A stretch of DNA of 62,848 nucleotides, the filler included, from Stramenopiles sp. TOSAG23-3 (Eukaryota), in assembly GCA_900128585.1 (NCBI GenBank). It is 35 parts of 35 records of this genome, joined end to end, with 100 filler letters (N's around TTAATTAATTAA, not from the genome) between each part and the next. Parts side by side here need not be neighbours in the genome. Positions count along the whole stretch, not along the records: positions 22,479 to 23,648 come from LT646333.1; positions 23,749 to 24,917 come from LT646334.1; positions 25,018 to 26,186 come from LT646335.1; positions 26,287 to 27,455 come from LT646336.1; positions 27,556 to 28,724 come from LT646337.1; positions 28,825 to 29,993 come from LT646338.1; positions 30,094 to 31,262 come from LT646339.1; positions 31,363 to 32,530 come from LT646340.1; 27 more parts are not named here. One strand, 5' to 3'. The notes beneath the pieces were generated by a model. The model was not told the DNA's origin and ran no database searches. It saw only the letters and a list, made by a program, of their open reading frames with translations. Below are positions 22,479 to 33,421 of this stretch, in pieces (positions within the stretch are counted from its first letter, which is position 1; every line of letters starts with the position of its first letter). The translations under genes and the position numbers were made by a program.

Positions 22479-23648
22479 CACCAGTCTCAGGAACACAAAT
22501 ACCGATAGTAGCCCGTAAGCGCCGTTCGTTGCAGCAAAAAAGATTGTAAAATGCCCCTGCTGCTGCTGCACAGTCCCTAGCCTTGGATACATCATCGCAC
22601 CAATGGAATGTATCAAAATAATAAATGCGCCAGTTTGACAAAGCCACAATGCAGCCCAGTCTTTGTGAGGCTGTAAATAGTTCAGCGTGCTGGCAAAAAA
22701 CGCGCAGAGAAGCACTGTTAGGCCACCTTGCATCACAGGATACTGCTGCAGCAGCAAGATGGTGCTGAACAATGCCGTCTTACGAATCATTTCGTGAATG
22801 GGCCACAGCTCAGCGCCTTTTCGCAAGTGAGCGTACATTCCATTGCACCGAAAGTAAATTGTACCGGTGTATAATCGTTTCTTTTGACACAATAAAAACA
22901 AGAACATACCCAACGGGAAGCCAATAACAAACACAGCAGCAGTGGTGAAAACAAAAGGTAAGAACGACGCCCATTCTGAAGTTTCATAACACTCTGTACT
23001 GAAGTCTGCACTCAAGTATGACCGCCCCGGCACAATTTCGTGGCAGTTAAAATATTGGAACACTTTTCGAGCAACTGCTAAATGCACCAGTGCCAAGACA
23101 TCCATACTCACTCCCACTAGCTGCGACAGTTGCAACGATGCCCACCACCAGCGTAGCAAAGCATTTTGATGCCGTTCTGCTGCGGCAGCAAAGTTCTGTC
23201 TTTTAATGATCAAGTTGTTGTCGCTGTCAATCGCGATCTCTATTTCTTTTAGCCCAGACCGTGCAAAAAATGCCTGGGCATCTTTACGCTTCACAGTCCC
23301 CAACGAAGAGGCAGTCAAGGAATCGAAAATTGCAGAAGAAGCGAGTTTCGCAAATTTTGATCGTTTCTTTTGGCTCATTGTCTTTAAACTTATTTCTATA
23401 CGGCATCGGCCACAAAGATACATGCATAGGGAAACCAAGATGACTACCACAGGCAAAGCAGCAACAAAAATAAAAGTTGCGCGAAAATTGATCCCTGGTA
23501 AGACACAGCCCATGCCTGTGTGCTGTAGAAAATCCAAGTTTGCCACTTCAAAGTACCCAACCATCTTTTCAGTAGTGTTAGATAGTGCAGAGGTGTATAG
23601 AGCAGGAAGCACTGACATTACTTGCACGTAATCAACAACAATTTTTAG
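22479..23648 (-). CDS. Internal fragment of a multi-pass membrane domain of the Cys-repeat modular (CRMP-like) receptor type, with a degenerate EF-hand loop
   Basis: Open across the whole contig: LKIVVDYVQVMS, FQYFNCHE...YLSADFSTECY, FVIGFPLGMFLFL, ELWPIHEMIRKTALF, LQPHKD. Confidence 0.78.
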
Positions 23649-23748
23649 NNNNNNNNNNNNNNNNNNNNNNNNNNNNNNNNNNNNNNNNNNNNTTAATTAA
23701 TTAANNNNNNNNNNNNNNNNNNNNNNNNNNNNNNNNNNNNNNNNNNNN

Positions 23749-24917
23749 AACCCGACGTTTGCCCTTCCCATTCATGGTAGTACCCTTTCTCGCAAGTGTA
23801 AGGGCACGCTGTGGACTCGTTGCTTTGTCCTGTCACATTCCCGTACTTTCCCGCAGGGCAAGGATTGACTTTACTAATGGCGCAGTAATGTCCTGGCGGA
23901 CATTCTTCCAATGTGAGACATGTTGTGCCAAGACCATACTCGCCAAGATTACAAATCGAAAGCGTTGTAAATACCGGAGAGATGCCGTCCTGATAAGTGG
24001 GTCCCGTCCATGCATCCAAATATTTGTTCCCAGTTTCGTCAGTGACGGTGAGGCTTCCTTTATTCCAAGAATCGCCATATGAATCTTGACCTTTTGCTGT
24101 GAACAATCCGATGAAAAGGCAGGCATTTCTTGAATCACCGCCCTGACCAGATACAACATCCAAACCGTTGTGCTGTATTGCCCACGTAATTTCTGAAGGG
24201 TAATCTCCCTTTTCACAGGTTACAATAACCCAAACACACGGCTGGCAAGTCTGGCTCGGTGAATTTCCTGACGTTGTAGTCCCATTCAAGCAATCCAAGC
24301 AATCCACTTGTGCGGTTTCGTTCCCAAACTTTCCGGGAGGGCAGACAAGACACCCTGAACCTGATCGATCTCCGAACATTGTGCCATATTTTCCGCGCTC
24401 ACACTGGCCGGGACACCCTTCCGTCACGTTGTACGTCCCACTGACATTGCCGTACCTCCCTTTGGGGCAACTTAGTACGACCCCGCCTACGCAGTACGTG
24501 CCTCCTTGGCAATCTTCGCAGTTCGTCGAGGTTTGGCCCGGCGGCAGCCCCGTAAATCGTCCAGCAGGACAAACAAACGGGCACCCCACCGTCAAGTTGT
24601 GTGCTTTGGATGCGTTGCCAAATCGCCCTACGGGGCACATGACCTTCACACCTTGTTCACAGTAGGCACCTCGAGGGCAGTCTTGGCACGCGGATGCATG
24701 GACTTGGCCCTCCTCGGTTCCATATGTTCCTGCAGGGCACTTGGTGCACGTGGACGCATTCGTTCCTCCTATCGTGGTTCCATATGTGCCACTTGGGCAA
24801 ACGCCTTCGCAAACAGTGGCTCCAATGACAGGGCCGTACCGACCAGCAGGGCATTTTTGGCAGTCGGATACATTCGAACCCCCAGTGCTCTCCTTTGCGG
24901 TTCCTTCTGGGCAGGGA
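23749..24917 (-). CDS. Internal fragment of a Cys-rich (GCC2/GCC3, ephrin-receptor-like CPxGxY/F) repeat surface protein
   Basis: Open across the contig. CPAGRY, CPSGTY, CPVGRF, CPKGRY, CPPGKF repeats, plus a YPSEITW...DSYGDSWN module. Confidence 0.85.
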
Positions 24918-25017
24918 NNNNNNNNNNNNNNNNNNNNNNNNNNNNNNNNNNNNNNNNNNNNTTAATTAATTAANNNNNNNNNNNNNNNNNNNNNNNNNNN
25001 NNNNNNNNNNNNNNNNN

Positions 25018-25380
25018 AGCGATGACCACGATACATTGGCATTTTTAGATAAATTGAGACATTATTATGATGTTACTGGAAAAGTCGTACGTTTACGATC
25101 ATTAACTTTAGGTGGTCGAGAATTGAGTTTGTACCGTCTATACAATGAAGTACAAGCACGTGGTGGTTGTGCACAAGTCATGTCAGAAAAAGGTACGTGG
25201 GCAAAGATATTTCGCGCCCTTGAAAATTATTCCAAAACAGAAACTAGTGCAAGTTTTCGTTTGAAAAATATATATCGCAAATATTTATTGGAATATGAAA
25301 ATCATCAACGTGCATTAGCAACTGCTAATAACGAACCATTACCAAGTGAATGTGCTGCACCTATTACTATGATGACGTGA
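25018..25380 (+). CDS. ARID/BRIGHT DNA-binding domain protein, C-terminal fragment
   Basis: FLDKL...LGGRELSLYRLYNEVQARGG...W..IFRAL...TSASFRLKNIYRKYLLEYE. Confidence 0.9.
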   Translation, partial: SDDHDTLAFLDKLRHYYDVTGKVVRLRSLTLGGRELSLYRLYNEVQARGGCAQVMSEKGTWAKIFRALENYSKTETSASFRLKNIYRKYLLEYENHQRALATANNEPLPSECAAPITMMT

Positions 25381-25970
25381 AGAGAATATATATATAAAAT
25401 GTACGTAAAAAAATATGTGGTGGCGTGTTTGTGTGTGTACAAACATACTGAAATATATTTTATGCTCATGTGTAGTAGATTGTAGAAAAGAAGAAAGGAA
25501 CGCGCAAGGGGCTCTTGTTATGTGTTAAATATACAGTATATATAATATGAAGTGTACTAGACGGTTAATAAAAAAATATTCATATTATTAGATTATTTTT
25601 TATTTTATTTTTATTTTACCCCTTCATTGGTAGTAATTCGTAATCATCTTTATTTGATAGGTGATCTGCATATACTATAATTTCCCTTCCAAGTATAAAT
25701 AAAGGGAAGAGACCCTCACATATTTATTTTTTAAAATTACAAAAGGCACACAAAATGAATAAATAGAATATATATATGTATATAATTTAAATTGAAACAA
25801 TACAATCAAGGTACATTGAATATATAATATATAATATATATAAGATCAATCTTCCGTTGTATTTTGTATTCATCTAATTGAATTTTTTTTAGTGTTGAAA
25901 TATTAGTATTTATATATATATATATTTGTTATTTTTTTTGTAAATTGGAAAAAAATTTATAATCAACATC

Positions 25971-26186
25971 ATGTTTAGGAATATTGTAAAAATAGCAAGA
26001 CAGCAAAATAATCGTCAAATTAGTAATTATTTTTCTACGTATACTAAACAAACGACAGGTTTGGTGGGTCTACCAGTGCAATCAGAACCTAGGGAAAAGC
26101 TTATGGCTGCATGCGAAAACATTTTAACAGAGGTGCAAGGAATACCAGAAGATGCTACTTACCGACAAAATGTGGAAGCAATCTAT
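25971..26186 (+). CDS. NDUFA5: NADH:ubiquinone oxidoreductase subunit A5 (B13), 3'-truncated
   Basis: Mitochondrial presequence MFRNIVKIAR, then KQTTGLVGLPV...PREKL...IPEDATYRQNVEAI. Confidence 0.9.
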
Positions 26187-26289
26187 NNNNNNNNNNNNNN
26201 NNNNNNNNNNNNNNNNNNNNNNNNNNNNNNTTAATTAATTAANNNNNNNNNNNNNNNNNNNNNNNNNNNNNNNNNNNNNNNNNNNNACT

Positions 26290-27455
26290 ATGGGGATCCT
26301 GACTGCCAAATGGTTGCCCTTGATACTGGCCTTTTTGTTGGCGGTCGATGATACTGACGGTCGCCAAATACAAGGACGCTACGTCTCCGTTGAGATCAAT
26401 AATGATAATGAATGCTCTGTAACAGACGCACCATATAATGCAAAGGGTGATGGTAAAACTTTAGTGACAGACGCAATTCAAAAGGCTCTTGACGACCCGT
26501 CCTGCGGACGAGTTGTCATTCCGAAACCAGGCACCTTTCTGACCTTCCCGCTCCGGCTCACTCGGAGCAATATGGAGTTGCATATTGAACAGGGTGCCAC
26601 TCTTCTGGTCTCTAACGACAGAAAAATGTGGCCAGAAACAGCCAATATTATATCTGCCAATAGCATTAGCCATATCGCCATCACAGGCGGGGGTACAATC
26701 GATGGGCAAGGTCTTGTGTGGTGGCAAAATAGGGACGATTTTCGACCTCACATGGTGCAGTTCGAGGATGTGCAGCATGGTATTCTCTCAGAGACACTGT
26801 ACTTGAACTCACCAAACCATGTATTGGAACTGTTCTGCGATGACTGCGAGCTTGCGTACGTCAAAGTGCTGGCTCCCCCTTCTACAGGTGATTGCGAAAG
26901 GGACAACAAGTGCAGCCACAACACTGATGCCGTGGATGTTCACGGCAGTCCGTTCTACATACACAACGTGAATTTTACGACAGGGGACGACAACGTTGCA
27001 GTGCATGCCAATCATACCATCGTTGAAAACTCCTACTTCGGGACCGGCCACGGCGCTAGTATCGGCTCGCTCTGCCATGATTACTTGGCAAACATTACAT
27101 TCCGTATCATCTCGTTCCACAGGACCACTCATGGGGCAAGGATAAAAACTGACTCCAATTGCTCTGGTCATGTAACGGACGTGTTCTACGAAGATCTCTC
27201 AATGTATGACGTTGCTCAAGCAATTGATGTGTCAGAGTTTTACCATACTCCTGATAAGTCCCAAGAACGTTCCAAGTTCTTGATCGACAATATTGTTTTC
27301 AAAAACATCATAGTAACACAATCGTCTGAAAGGATGAAGGAATTGGCAGAAGCTGGCATGAGAAGTGGTGATGATGATGATGCAATGGTCGATTTTGATT
27401 GTGACACTTACTACAAGGGAGCCAATTGTTATGTCGAAGTGGACAAATTACATTT
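26290..27455 (+). CDS. Secreted glycoside hydrolase family 28 (polygalacturonase-like), 3'-truncated
   Basis: Signal peptide, AKGDGKT, GGGTIDGQG..WW, and the catalytic motifs NTD, GDD, GHG.SIGS, RIKT. Confidence 0.92.
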
Positions 27456-27977
27456 NNNNNNNNNNNNNNNNNNNNNNNNNNNNNNNNNNNNNNNNNNNNT
27501 TAATTAATTAANNNNNNNNNNNNNNNNNNNNNNNNNNNNNNNNNNNNNNNNNNNNACCGGTACCGGTACCCCGTAGTAATTAATTGGTAGAACGAGGAGG
27601 AATAATACCTGGTACGGTACAGGTAAACAGCAGGATTATTTATATGATAGTCCTACTCGTACTCCTATATCTTCGTACACGACCAAAATGAGTTGTTGTT
27701 GTTGCGGTCTTTTTTTGTCCGTTGTGTTGTTGTTGTTGATTTTTTTTTTTTAACAAAAAAACTACTACCAACTACAACAACTAACTACGGAACTGCGGGC
27801 ATGCCGCTCTTTTTTGTTGTTGCTGTTTGTTTGTTACGCGAAGTAAATGTTTGTCAAATCGAAAGACGTTGAAGTATGTATTTATAGCTGATGAAACGGC
27901 AAAGGTTTACTAAATAGACAGAACGAGGACATTTATCAGGCGATAGACGGGTTCGTTCGTTTCGAAAATACAGAGCT

Positions 27978-28583
27978 ATGTCAAGTGCAAGATTAAGTGG
28001 ACGGAGTGCAACTGCGCGGTCAGCAGTTAGATTTAGTGGCAGGCCAGGGGCTAGCTCGAACAGGCGTCCCACCAATACTAGGGTGCAAGAGGGGGGCGCC
28101 TCACCGGGCTTTGCAAACTTGCAGGCAGACATTAACGAAAAAAAAAAGCTAGAGCAGAAAATGCTGCGTATTGAAAGACGGTTGAAGAAGGCAAATCGGG
28201 CTCTTCGGCGAAAGCACGGTCTGTCTTCTACAAGGACATCAGAAATAGATGTTGCAAACTTACCCCCGCCGTCCTGGAGACCATTGGATCCAGAATATGT
28301 GATGAACTCGCCTGGGGTAAGCCCTCTTTTATCATCAGGGTACGGAAACACAGCCAGGTTTAGAACACAGACGGACGCCTCCATAGCGTATTCTGCTAAT
28401 GCTCCTGAGAGAGTCAGATTTGCCGAGATAGAAGAAATTATAGACAACAGCATGAGTAATAACATAGTGGGGCCTCATAAAAAAAAGGCAGCAGAATTCA
28501 CCGTATTTGCAGAAGCTGCGAGCCGGCTAGGTATAAATTTAAGCGCAACCGGACACGGTACCGACGCATACGAATTGCACTAA
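27978..28583 (+). CDS. Hypothetical protein (201 aa)
   Basis: ATG-to-TAA ORF with coding-like composition between AT-rich flanks; no recognised domain. Confidence 0.6.
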   Translation: MSSARLSGRSATARSAVRFSGRPGASSNRRPTNTRVQEGGASPGFANLQADINEKKKLEQKMLRIERRLKKANRALRRKHGLSSTRTSEIDVANLPPPSWRPLDPEYVMNSPGVSPLLSSGYGNTARFRTQTDASIAYSANAPERVRFAEIEEIIDNSMSNNIVGPHKKKAAEFTVFAEAASRLGINLSATGHGTDAYELH

Positions 28584-28658
28584 ACGCGTTAAAGGTACAA
28601 AATGTAAAATTTAAAGTTACTTTAGTAATTTACAGAAATAAATTGAGAATTAAATTTT

Positions 28659-28724
28659 AAAACAAGAAAATTGGCTGTTATTTAAGTAATTAAAATTAAT
28701 GTACACTGCGAACTGAACTCTAGA
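28659..28724 (+). repeat. Motif A copy 2 with ~40-bp extension shared with 62043-62111
   Basis: AAAACAAGAAAATTGGCTGTTATTTAAGTAATTAAAATTAATGTACACTGCGAACTGAACTCTA; the contig ends here. Confidence 0.9.
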
Positions 28725-29781
28725 NNNNNNNNNNNNNNNNNNNNNNNNNNNNNNNNNNNNNNNNNNNNTTAATTAATTAANNNNNNNNNNNNNNNNNNNN
28801 NNNNNNNNNNNNNNNNNNNNNNNNGCAAATACTACTACCGGTACCACGTCCGGTCCGGGTACTTTCCCCAAATCAATCTATTCTACGAGGTCGTAGTCTC
28901 TATCGATTACGTATAAGTTGGGACGCGGACGCATCTATCTAGATGGTACAGTATTAATATAATAGCGGTACCTATGTGGTGCAGTCCAAGCAGCCTATCT
29001 TCCTCGGCTGGAGATAGGTCTACTCGCAAGAGGACGGACTTTCTACAGGTAGGAGTATCACCTGTGCACCTGTGCCTGGTCTAAATATTATCTAATACCG
29101 CACCTGGTACCTGTACCAGGTCCCGAACCGGTATAATACCTGTATTAGTAAGCAGAAAAAAAGAAAATAAATAAACAATAAAATGTCTATATAAGTCGTC
29201 GAAAATGACGACGCGTGTGTCGTTGCTGTGTGTTTTAGATTAGAGGTTATAGATAGTCGTCTATTAAACACTGCAGTGCAGTAGTAGAAAGCAGTAATTT
29301 AGCAGTAGCAGTATTAAAAAAAGTAATTAGAGAAAAATATCGAAAATGCCGCGTCTTGGTTGTTTAAATTATTAATTTAATATATAAGCACACACTATAC
29401 TATAAACTTCCTTAGAATTGAGATAGATCTCAAGAAAAAATAGCTACGGTACATGTAGACGACTATGAAAAAAATATCTAGGAAACAACAAACAGAGTAT
29501 GCTGCAAAAAGAAAATGAATTTAGGACCACCAAACCAAAGAGGACGAATAACGACAAGCAGCTCCAATTGCAGTTTTATGTACATTGAAATAGCACTGGA
29601 TTAAGTGTATTTCCGACGTAAAGATCCAATCAGCTAATTCTCAAGTGCTAAATGTCGCATTTTAAATTATTTTGGAAATATGCATGTTTGTATTCTAATG
29701 TGTTTTGATAGGAATATAAAATTTGGGGATTCAAATGCCAATAAGTTTCAAAAATCAGTTTCAAAATTTTTCAGTTTCCTC

Positions 29782-29991
29782 CTAGGCTGAGTAATCTGAG
29801 TAATAATGTTCGTTGTCATCGTCTAAATCATCTGTATAAATCGCTTCAACTTCGGTAACTATCAGTTTCCTGCGTTTCCTGCGACGAGACGCACTCGGTT
29901 CTGCAACCATCCGTTTCCTGCGACGAGACGCACTCCCCAAATCTTTGTCATCCCCGCACACGTTAAATAATCTGTTGTCCGGCGGCGGGGC
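29782..29991 (-). CDS. C-terminal fragment of a protein with a duplicated basic NLS-like motif and an acidic tail
   Basis: Manual translation APPPDNRLFNVCGDDKDLGSASRRRKRMVAEPSASRRRKRRKLIVTEVEAIYTDDLDDDNEHYYSDYSA*. A 24-bp direct repeat lies at 29873 and 29912. Confidence 0.5.
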   Translation of the reverse strand, partial: APPPDNRLFNVCGDDKDLGSASRRRKRMVAEPSASRRRKRRKLIVTEVEAIYTDDLDDDNEHYYSDYSA

Positions 29992-30784
29992 ACNNNNNNN
30001 NNNNNNNNNNNNNNNNNNNNNNNNNNNNNNNNNNNNNTTAATTAATTAANNNNNNNNNNNNNNNNNNNNNNNNNNNNNNNNNNNNNNNNNNNNCCGGTAC
30101 AAGTGGAACAAGGAGATCTGTTTCGTATATCTAAAGGTATTTTTTTCCTCGTAGTTAATAGTCTAGTTGTTGTGTTAAACTGTGGAAAATTTGTACGTAC
30201 GGAACAAGGTTCGTACCAAATCGACCCAAGATTATTATTACAAGCGCGTGATCTCCAATCCAAGCAAACGTGTGCATACTCCTTAAAGGAGTCGCAATAA
30301 AAGTGACGCAACCGGGTTCAATTTTTGTGCAAGACGCCCGTCAATAAATGGACGTACCATTGCGAAGCAAACACGGACCAAGTGTACAAAACAAGCGACT
30401 ACAGGTACACACCATTTATTAGGAGACTCGTCCTCTGCACTAATTCACGAAGAGAATATTGCCACACCATGAGATGAAAGATAAACGAAAGCTACAAGGA
30501 AAAAGTCACAAAGATTGCGTTTATAATATTATGAACAATATTGTTCAGCGAGGGAAAACGAAACAACGGATCTATTTCCAGTGCGCGGACAACCATTCAT
30601 TCGGGAAACTTTTCCTCCTTAAAAAGAAAGCGAATGCAAAAGATAAACAAGACGCGTGGCGCTTTACATGTGAATAGGCTTTAAAGGAAGAATTCGCGAA
30701 CAAAGAAAGATATGTTTTGTAGGTCCCCCAGGCTAGGTTGCCCGGACGGTTCTGTACCGAACGGGCGACACGGTCCGGCTGGAC

Positions 30785-31183
30785 CTAGTTTTGTTTGGTG
30801 CGTGGCTCCCCTGGAGCGTACCCGGTTTGCTCGTAGGCTTCGCTTTCCTTTGGGGTCATCTTACGGTTGTATCCGGCGGGGGCCATGTCACAACTCATGT
30901 TGAGGTTCCTCATTTCTTCGTGCTTCGGCCCTGACAGTGGTTTGGTGAAAAAATCGGCTTTCTGGGCGTCCGTGGGAACCCACTGGACTTCGATAATTCC
31001 TTCACTGATGTAATCGCGAATGAAATGCATACGGATGTCAATATGCTTGGTTCGAGCCTGGGTCTTGCCATCTGAATACGCCAGAGCAATCGTGCCCTGA
31101 TTGTCTTCATATATTTTGGTTGGTTTGTCCAGATCGAATTGGTCGTCGATGAAGCTGAGGACTCGCCTGAGGTGGATGGCGTC
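30785..31183 (-). mobile_element. Ty1/copia LTR retrotransposon pol, RNase H C-terminus
   Basis: IHLRRVL...PTKIYEDNQGTIALA...RTKHIDIRMHFIRD...VQWVPTDAQKADFFTKPL is the copia RNase H signature. Confidence 0.93.
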
Positions 31184-31262
31184 TGCGCGGACAACCATTC
31201 ATTCGGGAAACTTTTCCTCCTTAAAAAGAAAGCGAATGCAAAAGATAAACAAGACGCGTGGC
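31184..31262 (+). repeat. 79-bp exact direct repeat of 30582-30660 at contig end
   Basis: TGCGCGGACAACC...GACGCGTGGC is identical in both places and interrupts the copia frame. Confidence 0.92.
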
Positions 31263-31408
31263 NNNNNNNNNNNNNNNNNNNNNNNNNNNNNNNNNNNNNN
31301 NNNNNNTTAATTAATTAANNNNNNNNNNNNNNNNNNNNNNNNNNNNNNNNNNNNNNNNNNNNTCAATGTCATGAGATGTAATACCGGAAGCATCAAGTGC
31401 AAGATCCG

Positions 31409-32530
31409 TTAATTCCACATCCCCAACAAATTCACTGAACGCGCCCAGCTGTGTACTGACAGAGTGTTTAGCGGCAGTAATTTGAAGTGCCAAACCTTCC
31501 GCGCTATCAGTAGCGCCAGCGCGAACAGCCGATTATTGGAAAGCGATAAAATAGTCAAGTTGAAAAATTCTTTTATATCAATCTCTCTAAGGCCGTGCCC
31601 GGAGACGTCCAGGGAAACAAGCTGCGCCGGGAGTTTGTTCCCCAGTGCTCGACGACGCACTACTTTGTAACGAAACAATTCCTTTTCGACCTTGTTTCCC
31701 GTGTTCCCCCAGTTTTGGAGGATTTCGTCAACTTTAATCTCTGTTTCGTCAAGGTACCGAAGCTCACAATAGGGATTTCTAAGCCTATGCAAAAGTGAGA
31801 TGCGTCTTTTGCTTCCCATACTTCCAAATTTACCTTTTCCAGTCACAAAACTCATCGCCCGCACCTTCTCCTCTATGTTTGAGCGGTGCCCGTCCAAATA
31901 CATTAGGCCCACATGGGATGATGCTTTCCCACGAACATATCGACACGCATAAATCACACGATTCCGAAATTTTGAATCTAAACGATTGTCATGGAAAGGG
32001 TTTTGGGATAGGTAGAGTGCTTGTAAAGAAACTATCGAACCAAAAACATTGAAATCATCTTCTTCACTGAGTAAATTTTTAGTCAAGTTTACCGCCCACA
32101 ATTTGGTCGCATTTTCTAAACCGCAATTTTTTACTGTCGTCAACCAATTGTTAGATAGATCTAGGGTTTCTAAATTGTAAAAGGCGCCCACATGAAAAGC
32201 GACAAGTTTTTGTCCAGTTATGCAAATGTTTCTAAGATTTTTGAAGGACAGCAGCGTTTTCGCTGTTAGTAAAGGTGGATAGGCCTCGCAAATAAGCTGG
32301 TCCCATCGTCGCAATCCTAGCCTCCGTCTATCAACATCAGTCCCAAGCTGCATAGTTGCTTTGTTTTGGAGTTTATATTCGATAACGTTTCCATTCAGTA
32401 CAACCAGATCAGGCAATTTGACGATCAATTCCCAGTCCCGGCTGAACACAACTCGGTCCCCACCACCATCACCTTCATTGTTTCTTGGCAAAATCTTAAC
32501 AGGCGGTAATCCACTTGGCCAATAGGAACA
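31409..32530 (-). CDS. Leucine-rich repeat protein fragment (SDS22/U2A'-like LRRs with LRR-cap); 3' end doubtful
   Basis: LETLDLSNNWL, LWAVNLTKNLL, LQALYLSQNPF...FRNRVI...LMYLDG, LVSLDVSGHGL, LTILSLSNNRL. Confidence 0.78.
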   Translation of the reverse strand, partial: CSYWPSGLPPVKILPRNNEGDGGGDRVVFSRDWELIVKLPDLVVLNGNVIEYKLQNKATMQLGTDVDRRRLGLRRWDQLICEAYPPLLTAKTLLSFKNLRNICITGQKLVAFHVGAFYNLETLDLSNNWLTTVKNCGLENATKLWAVNLTKNLLSEEDDFNVFGSIVSLQALYLSQNPFHDNRLDSKFRNRVIYACRYVRGKASSHVGLMYLDGHRSNIEEKVRAMSFVTGKGKFGSMGSKRRISLLHRLRNPYCELRYLDETEIKVDEILQNWGNTGNKVEKELFRYKVVRRRALGNKLPAQLVSLDVSGHGLREIDIKEFFNLTILSLSNNRLFALALLIARKVWHFKLLPLNTLSVHSWARSVNLLGMWN

Positions 32531-32630
32531 NNNNNNNNNNNNNNNNNNNNNNNNNNNNNNNNNNNNNNNNNNNNTTAATTAATTAANNNNNNNNNNNNNN
32601 NNNNNNNNNNNNNNNNNNNNNNNNNNNNNN

Positions 32631-33327
32631 AATCAATCTTTTCCTCAGTAAATACAACGTTAATTGGAGTAAGCAGTTGGATCAAAGCTTTACGGAACAG
32701 CGACACCTCAAATTGAACGGAATACGGCATTTGATGTAGAACAGCATGAACAACAGAATGTCTCATTGCTCTATCTTCCTTTGACCTCTTAAAATGTATT
32801 GTCCAGTCTCCGCTTTTAAAAGTGTCAATATATTTATTAAACCAGTTCAAGCAGTGTTGTTTTATTGCAGGGTGATTACCCCAAAATTGCTCTACCTCAT
32901 TGGGAAACAGAATTGTATTTATATTCGTTTCGGCTTGTTCTGCAGTAACGTTAGGAAGCCTTCCTTTTTCTTTGGCATTTATTACTTCCTTTAGCCAGAG
33001 AGCTGCTACTTTTTTTTTATACTCAGGGGTCTCTCTGAATGTCTCCCACATATATTTGTATAAATTAACATCTTTCGTTTGGTTACGACACATACAAATA
33101 CCATTTTCTTCCCAAAACTTAAGTATTCTTTCAAGCAATGTTGAATTCTTATGAAACTTTGGATCAATTTTTTTTTTTGCTACTTCTTCTTCCTGTTTAA
33201 CTTCTTGAACTTCTCCCACTTTCTGCCCTTCTGCTCCTAGTTGGTTATTGATCTCAACTTCTTCAGCGTTATTGACTTGAACTTCTTCAATATGAAGTTG
33301 AATATTAACTTCCTCTTCTTGTGCCAT
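32631..33327 (-). CDS. Hypothetical protein on an AT-rich, probably viral contig, 3'-truncated
   Basis: ATG at 33327, E/Q/V-rich N-terminus, A/T-ending codons, divergent from the recombinase-like ORF with only 94 bp between them. Confidence 0.7.
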
Positions 33328-33421
33328 ATTTTGTTTTGAATCGTTGTCAAAAAAGTTGTGATTGTATTGTTTGGATCAAAACGTTGCAACTTTGCTTGGT
33401 TTATTATCTTTGTTTATATAA

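Noticed and set aside
22479-24917. Cys-repeat fragment and TM-domain fragment as one gene
   Set aside because: They are compatible in family and strand but separated by a linker; there is no linkage evidence.
30582-30660. 79-bp repeat as a copia LTR
   Set aside because: It has no TG...CA ends, the second copy falls inside pol, and an equal-length terminal repeat occurs on a non-TE contig.
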